The notes under the pieces: model-generated | What the model was told of the DNA's origin: nothing | What the model saw: the letters and a program-made list of their open reading frames with translations, nothing else | The model's database searches: none | Assembly (NCBI GenBank): GCA_965198945.1 | Contig: CBDAQI010000001.1 | Location: 320,001-384,000 of the forward strand | Source of the DNA: Thermodesulfobacteriota bacterium | GTDB lineage: Bacteria; Desulfobacterota_D; UBA1144; Nemesobacterales; Mycalebacteriaceae | Direction: 5' to 3' | DNA: 64,000 nucleotides | Program-made: the position numbers and the translations under genes | Shown: one piece after another, positions 1 through 7,078 of the stretch | Position numbering within the stretch: the stretch's first letter is position 1 | Layout of the letters: each line of letters opens with the position of its first letter

Positions 1-1
1 T

Positions 2-766
2 GTCCGCGCTCTCAGAGACCTGGGCCTGTGCGATTTTGATGAGCCGTTCAGCGCGCTGCTTACTCAGGGAATGGTGATAAAAGACGGCGCGAAGATGTCA
101 AAATCTCTCGGCAACACGGTTGACCCCGATGAGATGATAGAAAAATACGGGGCGGATTCGGTTCGCCTTTTTATTCTTTTCGCCGCGCCCGCGGAAAAAT
201 CGCTGGACTGGAATGAAAAAGGCATTGAGGGGACGAGCAGATTTTTAAGGAGACTTTGGAATTTGTCAGTTTCCGCCGGGAAAACGGATGAAGGCGGCCC
301 GGAAAAAAATATTTTGCCCCAAATGCACGGAACAATAAAAAAAATTACCGCAGACATAGAACGTTTTCATTTTAATACGGCCGTCGCCGCGTTGATGGAA
401 TTTTTGAATTTTGTTGAAAAATCGTCCGCGGTAACACCCGAAACACTTGGAGTTATGGCGAAACTTCTTTCACCCATGGTTCCCCATTTCGCTGAGGAAA
501 TATGGGAAATCCTGGGAAATCAAAACTCGGTTTTTCTTGAGCCGTGGCCCGAATGGGACCAGTCTCTGTTAAAGTCTGAAGCGGTTACGGTTGTTTTTCA
601 GGTTAACGGGAAATTGCGTTCACAAATTCAAATGCCTGCCGGAGCGGAAAAAGAGGAGATGGAGAATGCGGCTATTTCCGATGAAAAAGTGAGAAAATTT
701 ACTGATGGAAAAAAGATAAGAAAAATTATTGTTGTGCCCGGAAAACTGGTAAATGTGGTCGTCTGA
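2..766 (+). CDS. leuS: Leucine--tRNA ligase, C-terminal part (5' end outside window)
   Basis: Frame open from position 2 (VRALRDLG..EPFSALLTQGM); KMSKS motif; FNTAVAALME; C-terminal VQVNGKLR-like and IVVPGKLVNVV. Confidence 0.97.
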   Translation, partial: VRALRDLGLCDFDEPFSALLTQGMVIKDGAKMSKSLGNTVDPDEMIEKYGADSVRLFILFAAPAEKSLDWNEKGIEGTSRFLRRLWNLSVSAGKTDEGGPEKNILPQMHGTIKKITADIERFHFNTAVAALMEFLNFVEKSSAVTPETLGVMAKLLSPMVPHFAEEIWEILGNQNSVFLEPWPEWDQSLLKSEAVTVVFQVNGKLRSQIQMPAGAEKEEMENAAISDEKVRKFTDGKKIRKIIVVPGKLVNVVV

Positions 767-767
767 A

Positions 768-1289
768 ATGTTTGATATTTATGAAGATGACAAATATCGG
801 AACAGCCGTTTTCTATTGGGAAGAGAAGGCAAAAACAAACTGTTTGCCGTGGGTCTCAACCCCAGCACGGCGGATAATACAAAGTCTGACACCACAATTT
901 CAAAAATTCGGGGCGTTGCAGAACGCAATGGATTTGATGGTTTTATTGTCGTAGACTTATGTCCGTTGCGTCATACAAAACCCGATGAATTGCCGTATGG
1001 TTATGACAATGGTCTTATGTCTGAAAATATTGAAAGAGTTTTTGGTTATGCCGGAAAGCAGTGTAATCCGGTTTTCTGGTGCGCTTGGGGAGAGAGTATT
1101 AAAATACGGAATTATTTGACTGAATGCTGCGGAATTTTTATTGAAAAGGACGTTGAAATAAACGCTCAGTGGAAGCGCTTTGGTGCGTTGACGAAAAAAG
1201 GTCATCCAAGACACCCTTCCCGTGTCAGGTATGGTTGGAAATTTCAGGATTTTAATGCTTTGAATTACATTGAGGAATTAAACGGATGA
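768..1289 (+). CDS. DUF1643-family protein
   Basis: YR..L.R, VGLNPSTAD, D.TI, CAWG and LTKKGHPRHP motifs typical of DUF1643; ATG at 768 directly after the leuS stop. Confidence 0.8.
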   Translation: MFDIYEDDKYRNSRFLLGREGKNKLFAVGLNPSTADNTKSDTTISKIRGVAERNGFDGFIVVDLCPLRHTKPDELPYGYDNGLMSENIERVFGYAGKQCNPVFWCAWGESIKIRNYLTECCGIFIEKDVEINAQWKRFGALTKKGHPRHPSRVRYGWKFQDFNALNYIEELNG

Positions 1290-2341
1290 GCGGAAAATTA
1301 TTGGACAAAAAGGTCAGGGCGGTTGAAGTGGAAGGCGGCAGAAGCGTTTCGGATTTAATTTCCGCCATGGCAAAAACCGGATTTCAGGGCGGGAGTCTCG
1401 CCCGGACGGTTGAGATTTTTGAGAAAATAATAAAAGATCCGGATGTTACGATTTTTCTCGGCTATGCGGGTTCTCTGTCCACAACCGGACAGTGGAAAAT
1501 AATAAACTGGCTTATTGAAAATCGTTTTATTGACGTGCTTGTTCCCACCGGCGCGAACATATCCGAAGATATTATAGACGCAATGGGTTTTGACTATTTT
1601 CAGGGCTCTCACAGAGCGAGTGATGAGGAACTTTTTGCGGAGGGAATAAACCGCTATTACGATGTCTACGGAAAAGAGAGCGACTATCTTGAAATGACCG
1701 AAATGATAGCGGATTTTATTCTTACGCTTGATGAAAAACACAAATATTCATCCCGTGAATTTTTGAAACTTTTCGGCGAACATCTCTCCGGAAAAAAAAT
1801 AAATTCAATTGTCGCCGCCGCTGCAAAAAACGGTGTCCCGGTCTTTTGCCCGGCAATTGCGGACAGTCCATATGGAGACGGCGCGCTTATTGCCGAAAGC
1901 AAAGGATTTCATCTGACAATAGACTCTATAAAAGATTATGTGGAATTTATGGCGATGGGAGAAAGTGTCAAACAGACGGCGGTAATTTACATAGGCGGCG
2001 GTGTTCCCAAGGATTTTATTCAGCTTTTTGCGGTAACAGGTGATTTGCTCTATGAAAACAGAACCGTTCCCGGAAGGGAGAAGGGAATTAACAGAAAAGG
2101 AACCGGACCTGCCGAGACCTACTACCCGCACAAATACGCGATTCAGATTACAACCGATTCTCAGCAATGGGGAGGCCTTAGCGGGTGCACTTTTGAAGAG
2201 GCGGTCTCATGGGGTAAAGAAGACCCGGAAGGCGGGCTCGTGCAGTGTTACTGTGATGCGACCATTGCTCTGCCCATCGTTTCCCAGGGGATTGCCGAGA
2301 GGGTGAAAAAAAGGCGAAAGGGAACGGATTTTAATTTTTAA
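1286..2341 (+). CDS. Deoxyhypusine synthase-like protein (probable homospermidine synthase)
   Basis: GFQG, PAIADS, IGGGVPKDF, GGLSGCTFEEAVSWGK (catalytic Lys) and DATIALP motifs. Confidence 0.9.
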   Translation: MSGKLLDKKVRAVEVEGGRSVSDLISAMAKTGFQGGSLARTVEIFEKIIKDPDVTIFLGYAGSLSTTGQWKIINWLIENRFIDVLVPTGANISEDIIDAMGFDYFQGSHRASDEELFAEGINRYYDVYGKESDYLEMTEMIADFILTLDEKHKYSSREFLKLFGEHLSGKKINSIVAAAAKNGVPVFCPAIADSPYGDGALIAESKGFHLTIDSIKDYVEFMAMGESVKQTAVIYIGGGVPKDFIQLFAVTGDLLYENRTVPGREKGINRKGTGPAETYYPHKYAIQITTDSQQWGGLSGCTFEEAVSWGKEDPEGGLVQCYCDATIALPIVSQGIAERVKKRRKGTDFNF

Positions 2342-2370
2342 CCGGCTTAATTTCAGCCGAAACGGGAGGA

Positions 2371-3138
2371 ATGAAAATGCGTCTTAAGGGAAAAACCGCT
2401 TTAATCACAGGTGGAAGCGAGGGAATAGGGAGGGTGACAGCTTTGCTTTTCTGCAAGGAGGGGGCAAAGGTTGGAATTATGTCCAGAACCGCAGCGAATC
2501 TCCGCAAGGTGGTTTCCGAGGCAAAAGGGCGTGGCGAGATAAAAGCCTTTTCGGGCGATGTTTCAAAAGAAAAGGATGTGAAGAGGGTGGTTAAAGCGTT
2601 TTATAAAAAGTTCGGCGCAATTGACATTCTTTTCAACAACGCCGGAATTCTTGAAGGCGGAACCGTTGTTACGACCTCAAACGATGTCTGGGACAGAACA
2701 ATGGATATAAATGTGAAAGGAGTTTTTCTGATGAGCAAATACGCCGTCCCTTTAATGGCAAAAAACGGCGGCGGTTCAATAATAAACAATTCAAGCGTTC
2801 TCGGAATTGTCGGAATGGAAGACTGCGTGGCTTATAACGCTTCAAAGGGCGCGGTCAGGCAGATTACCCGCAGCATGGCGCTTGATCACGCGAAGGAAAA
2901 AATCAGAGTCAATTCCGTCTGCCCGGGCTACATAAAAACAAAAATGGATGTTGAATTTATGGGAAACCCTCCGGATGCGGAAGAAAAACTTGATGAAATA
3001 GCGGCGGGGATGATTCCGATGGTCAGAAGGGCGGAAGCGGTGGAAGTTGCTCAGGCGGTTTTGTTTCTCGCCGGTGATGAATCAAGTTATATGACGGGGT
3101 CAGATCTTGTAATTGACGGCGGTTGGACGGTTGTTTGA
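2371..3138 (+). CDS. Short-chain dehydrogenase/reductase (SDR)
   Basis: TGGSEGIG, NNAG, YNASK catalytic motif, VNSVCPG, DGGW. Confidence 0.95.
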   Translation: MKMRLKGKTALITGGSEGIGRVTALLFCKEGAKVGIMSRTAANLRKVVSEAKGRGEIKAFSGDVSKEKDVKRVVKAFYKKFGAIDILFNNAGILEGGTVVTTSNDVWDRTMDINVKGVFLMSKYAVPLMAKNGGGSIINNSSVLGIVGMEDCVAYNASKGAVRQITRSMALDHAKEKIRVNSVCPGYIKTKMDVEFMGNPPDAEEKLDEIAAGMIPMVRRAEAVEVAQAVLFLAGDESSYMTGSDLVIDGGWTVV

Positions 3139-3278
3139 GCAGATGAGTTTTACGGGACTGTTGGAAATTTTCCGCTATAGCCGCATTCAAAACTGCTGAA
3201 AGAAAGCATTGCGCCACCCGGATTTTTTGACTTCAAAAGTCGTCCGGAAACTCTAAAATCTGTAACGGTTTCAGAGAG

Positions 3279-4319
3279 TTAAATCCCCGCTCTTGGTCCG
3301 GAATACTGGTCGCAGAGGATTATCATTCCTTTGTCCCAGTCTTTTACAACGGCGCCAAAAGATGCAAACCCCGTGGCCGTCATAGTGGTTGAGTTCTTTG
3401 ACTCAAACATTTCCTGTCCGGAATCTCCGATTACGGCTCCGAGATAATCTTCTTCAAAAACCATCACGAGGTCGTAGTTGCCCGCTCCAGCTCCCGTTAC
3501 CTTTGCAACCGGCGCTCCAAAGTCATTTTCGTAGTTTATAATTTCCTCATTGTAGTCATTGAGCCAGACAAACTTGAATCTTTGCCAGGAGTCTATCTGG
3601 CTGTCTTCAAGCTTGTGTTTGATGCTGTAGTCATTGTTTATAAAAGAGTTGTCGGCAAGCAGAGATTCTCTTTGTCTCAAAGGAGCCACACAGAAAAGCG
3701 ACATCTTGCCGAAATTTCTGGCGTTGAGAATATTTCTGATTTTCGCCAGAGTCTTTCCGTTCAGGCCGCTTTTTCCCATTGGCTCCGAACTGAAACTGAA
3801 TTTGCCGTTGCTTTGATTGAATTTTGGTATTATGAGATCTCTGTCAAGTTCCTTTGCCATGCGGAAGTGTTTTTCAGCGCTGAGAACACCGGTTTTTCCT
3901 CCCGCCGCAAAGTCGGCCAGGGCGTTTAGTTTTACAACATCCTTAGCCCTTGCCATTGATCTTCCAACTTCAACTCCCATGTATTTTGAGAAATCTACGG
4001 AAAGCTTCTGCACCTCAGACTTATAGTCAAAAGCAAACTCGGCTTTATATTCCTTCAGTTCATTGGCTATGGCACGCCGTCCACTCGTGAGACTGCGGGC
4101 CTGTTCTTCAATTGAGTGAAGTTTTGTTTTGACTTTATCAACAAAGAATGTGTGTTTATTGCCCGTTCCGTTTGCGCTTTCCATTTCACAAATGCTTTCA
4201 AGGGCTCCGCCTTCATTCTGAAGCGTGGATTGATAGGCGTTTGCGAAGGTTTCAACAAAAACGCCGGAAGGGTCAAACCTTGAAGACCATTTCCTGTCAA
4301 TTATTATTTCATCCGGCAT
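3279..4319 (-). CDS. Stand-alone phage major-capsid-like protein (BPP-1-like / Phage_capsid_2 type, HK97 fold), divergent
   Basis: Intact 346-aa ORF. Colinear segments FVETFANAYQSTLQ, RRAI..EY...D...QKLSVDFSKYMGVEVGRSMARAKD, GLNGKTLAKIRNIL, LLADNSFINNDY...LEDSQIDSWQRFKFV and FGAV...KGMIILC resemble this capsid family as I recall it. Confidence 0.65.
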   Translation of the reverse strand: MPDEIIIDRKWSSRFDPSGVFVETFANAYQSTLQNEGGALESICEMESANGTGNKHTFFVDKVKTKLHSIEEQARSLTSGRRAIANELKEYKAEFAFDYKSEVQKLSVDFSKYMGVEVGRSMARAKDVVKLNALADFAAGGKTGVLSAEKHFRMAKELDRDLIIPKFNQSNGKFSFSSEPMGKSGLNGKTLAKIRNILNARNFGKMSLFCVAPLRQRESLLADNSFINNDYSIKHKLEDSQIDSWQRFKFVWLNDYNEEIINYENDFGAPVAKVTGAGAGNYDLVMVFEEDYLGAVIGDSGQEMFESKNSTTMTATGFASFGAVVKDWDKGMIILCDQYSGPRAGI

Positions 4320-4542
4320 AATTTACGACCCCGTGTGTTTTGATTCTGGCGGATAAAAATCCTTGCTGAGCCTCCCCGCGGTAAGACAATGCAGAACCCT
4401 CCCGTTCTTCAGTTCAGCGCAACCTTTCCTATCGCAAGGCAAAATTGAATCAAAAGTCAAGCTTTATAGGATGTTTGTTTTAGTTAAATTTTTCTTGTCT
4501 GAATATGATGGCGGCATTTTATAAGCGAAGATTAAAAAACAG

Positions 4543-5178
4543 CTATGAATTTTCTTTCAGGTGACCAGCCAGTTTTCTTGATGCTTTTTCCGCATCCTCT
4601 TCTCCGAAAATCGCCGTAATCACGGCAACTCCGTCCACTCCCGTTTTCAGAACATCGGTAATGTTTTCGGGAGTTATTCCACCGATGGCAAAGACCGGAA
4701 TTTTCAGTTTCGCTTTCGCTTCCTTCAAAATTTCAAAGTGTGTCGGTTTTCTATCCGGTTTTGTCGGTGTGGAATAAGGGGTTCCGAAGGCTGCGTAATC
4801 CGCCCCGGCTTTTTCAGCGCCCAACCCCCTTTTTATATCCCCGTAACAGGAAACCCCTATTATTGCCCCGTACCCGAGCAGTTTTCTCGCTTCTTCCACC
4901 GTTGTGTCATCTGCGCCCAGGTGGACTCCGTCCGCTCCGATTTTCTTCGCCGCTGCGGCGCTGTCATTTATTATCAGTGCAATTTTATGTCTTCTCGTGA
5001 TTTTCAGAAGAAGTTTTCCCTTCCGGATAATTTCATCCTCTTCCGCTTCTTTTTCCCGCAGTTGAATGATTTGTGCGCCGCCTTTGATTGCCGATTCAAC
5101 GGTTCGGGCAAAGCGGTTTTCAGCAATAAGGCGCGAATCCGTTATGGCGTAAAGTCCGCTCAGATCAAAAGCGGGCAT
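4543..5178 (-). CDS. thiE: Thiamine-phosphate synthase
   Basis: LYAITD, QLREK, LIIND, GVHLGADD, TPTK, FAIGGI motifs. Confidence 0.95.
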   Translation of the reverse strand: MPAFDLSGLYAITDSRLIAENRFARTVESAIKGGAQIIQLREKEAEEDEIIRKGKLLLKITRRHKIALIINDSAAAAKKIGADGVHLGADDTTVEEARKLLGYGAIIGVSCYGDIKRGLGAEKAGADYAAFGTPYSTPTKPDRKPTHFEILKEAKAKLKIPVFAIGGITPENITDVLKTGVDGVAVITAIFGEEDAEKASRKLAGHLKENS

Positions 5179-6557
5179 CAGCGTGTTTCAATCCGTTTGA
5201 ATATGGCATCTCTGACCGCGTTGTAATTGTCCGGCAGTTCTATGGGGCTGTTACGGAGTTTTTTGCCGACACCCGCGATTTTGCCTTCGTGGTATCCGAT
5301 TTTGAATTCAACAAATTTAAGCCCGTGCGCGGTTGAGATGATTACAACTTTGTCATTTTTTTTGAATGTTTTCCTGGCTTGGAGTTTAAGGAAAACCGCG
5401 AGCGCAACACCCGTGTGAGGGCAGTTGAAAGTTCCGGTTCTGTCCGCCATTGCGGCCGCGTCGGACAACTCTTTTTCAGACGCCTGCTCAACAATGCCGT
5501 TGAACTCTTTGAGGGTGTTTATCGCCTTGTTTACACTGACCGGATTTCCTATCTGAATCGCATTGGCAAGAGTTTTTTTCGCTTTTACTGGTTTGAATTC
5601 CTTAAATCCTTTTTTGTAACTCAGATAGAGAGGGTTTGCATTTCTGGATTGTGCGCAAACAATTCGCGGCAGTTTTTTTATCAGACCAAGGTTGCGCATA
5701 AGTAAAAACCCCTTGCCGAGAGCGGACACATTTCCGAGATTGCCGCCCGGAATTATTATCCAGTCCGGCACCTCCCATTTGAACTGCTGGCAAAGCTCAA
5801 TGCTTATTGTTTTCTGCCCTTCAATCCGCAGAGAGTTGATTGAATTTGCAAGATAGATGTTGTGTTCCTCGGTTACTTTTTGAACCATCTTCATACAGCC
5901 GTCAAAATCTGTGTCTATGGAAAGAACTATAGCTCCGTTTGAAATCGGTTGGACAAGCTGGGCGAGTGAAACCTTTCCCTTGGGCAGGAAGACAATCGCG
6001 GGAATATCAGCCGCGGCGCAATATGCGGCAAGGGCCGCTGAAGTGTCTCCGGTGGAAGCGCAGGCGACCGCGGGAATGTCCCGTTTTTTTCTCCGCATAT
6101 GTCTGACCACAGAAACAAGTACGGTCATTCCCAGATCTTTGAAAGAGCCCGTGTGGCTGTTTCCGCACATTTTTATCCAGATGTCATTCATTCCGACCTG
6201 TTTTCCGAAGCGATCAGCCCAGAAAAGGTTGGTTGAGCCCTCATACATTGAAACGATGTCATTATCTCTCACAACCGGACACACCCATTCCTTTTTTCCC
6301 CAAACCGAGCTTCCATGCGGCCACGACTGGTTTTTATAACGTTCGTCAAACAGATTTTTCCATTCAGAAGGTGATTTTTTCGCCAGCAATTCCCGGTCAT
6401 GCGTAACTTCAAGCAGGTCGTTGCAGTTCCGGCAGCGATATATCACTTCGTCAATTTCATAAGTTTGTCCGCATTCGGGGTTTATGCAGTTCAGCCACGC
6501 GCGGTATTCGGGTATTTTTTTCTCTTTTCCGGAAGTTTTGGAAGCGGTTCTGGGCAT
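5178..6557 (-). CDS. thrC: Threonine synthase
   Basis: HTGSFKDLG (PLP lysine), CASTGDTSAA, NSINSLRIEGQKT, PGGNLGN. Start set at ATG 6557 because the longer ORF runs antisense through a tRNA. Confidence 0.95.
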   Translation of the reverse strand: MPRTASKTSGKEKKIPEYRAWLNCINPECGQTYEIDEVIYRCRNCNDLLEVTHDRELLAKKSPSEWKNLFDERYKNQSWPHGSSVWGKKEWVCPVVRDNDIVSMYEGSTNLFWADRFGKQVGMNDIWIKMCGNSHTGSFKDLGMTVLVSVVRHMRRKKRDIPAVACASTGDTSAALAAYCAAADIPAIVFLPKGKVSLAQLVQPISNGAIVLSIDTDFDGCMKMVQKVTEEHNIYLANSINSLRIEGQKTISIELCQQFKWEVPDWIIIPGGNLGNVSALGKGFLLMRNLGLIKKLPRIVCAQSRNANPLYLSYKKGFKEFKPVKAKKTLANAIQIGNPVSVNKAINTLKEFNGIVEQASEKELSDAAAMADRTGTFNCPHTGVALAVFLKLQARKTFKKNDKVVIISTAHGLKFVEFKIGYHEGKIAGVGKKLRNSPIELPDNYNAVRDAIFKRIETR

Positions 6558-6600
6558 AGCGAAAAATACCGCAAGGCAAGGGCGGGTGTCAATCTTCTCC

Positions 6601-6629
6601 TTGACACAAAACCGCTTTTGAAACACAAT
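6601..6629 (+). promoter_or_regulatory. Putative sigma70 promoter for tRNA-Val(GAC)
   Basis: TTGACA-N17-CACAAT followed by a GC-rich discriminator-like stretch, 19 nt upstream of the tRNA. Confidence 0.55.
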
Positions 6630-6647
6630 AACGCCGCTTTTGTTAAA

Positions 6648-6722
6648 GAGCGCGTAGCTCAGCGGGAGAGCGCTTGCCCGACACGCAAGAGGTCGCTGGT
6701 TCAATCCCAGCCGCGCTCACCA
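6648..6722 (+). tRNA. tRNA-Val (GAC)
   Basis: Acceptor GAGCGCG/CGCGCTC, anticodon stem CTTGC/GCAAG with loop CCGACAC, T-loop TTCAATC, encoded ACCA; 75 nt. Confidence 0.95.
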
Positions 6723-6932
6723 GTTCAGGATCTTATTCAGGTTTTTGTCTACAAGATCAATATCTTGTTTGAGGGCGGCATTTCTAATTTTTTTCAATTC
6801 GGAATGTTTGCAGCCGATCTCATAAGCAAAATCACAGAGTCGCACGGCTTCCGACCAGTCTCCGGACGATGCGGACTGCCAAATCCGCCCCAGATTGAAG
6901 ATTAGAGGATTTGGAATTTCACTGTTTTTCAT
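6717..6932 (-). CDS. Small hypothetical protein (71 aa) between the two tRNAs
   Basis: ATG at 6932, MKNSEIPNPLIFNLGRIW...KILNW; fills most of the inter-tRNA spacer; helical-looking composition. Confidence 0.45.
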   Translation of the reverse strand: MKNSEIPNPLIFNLGRIWQSASSGDWSEAVRLCDFAYEIGCKHSELKKIRNAALKQDIDLVDKNLNKILNW

Positions 6933-6995
6933 CAAATTGACTTTAATCGATTTTTTTGACTTTTTTACAAAATCCAAAACAATATACCCGCTTCG

Positions 6996-7070
6996 GGCCT
7001 CGTAGCTCAGAGGGAGAGCGTTCGCCTCACACGCGAAAGGTCGCTGGTTCAATTCCAGCCGGGGCCACCA
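6996..7070 (+). tRNA. tRNA-Val (CAC)
   Basis: Acceptor GGCCTCG/CGGGGCC, anticodon stem TTCGC/GCGAA with loop CTCACAC, T-loop TTCAATT, encoded ACCA; 75 nt. Confidence 0.96.
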
Positions 7071-7078
7071 GTTTTTAG

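Noticed and set aside
3139..4542. Prophage around the capsid-like gene
   Set aside because: Flanks are an SDR and thiE with only 140 and 223 nt of spacer; no other phage gene or att-like repeat seen.
4320..4542. TPP riboswitch near thiE
   Set aside because: This spacer is downstream of thiE and lacks the CTGAGA and CCTGA..TAAT..GCG.AGG cores.
6558..7052. N-terminal extension of thrC (to 6704) and of ORF 6717-7052, both starting MNQRP
   Set aside because: The shared peptide is the antisense reading of the two similar tRNA-Val genes.
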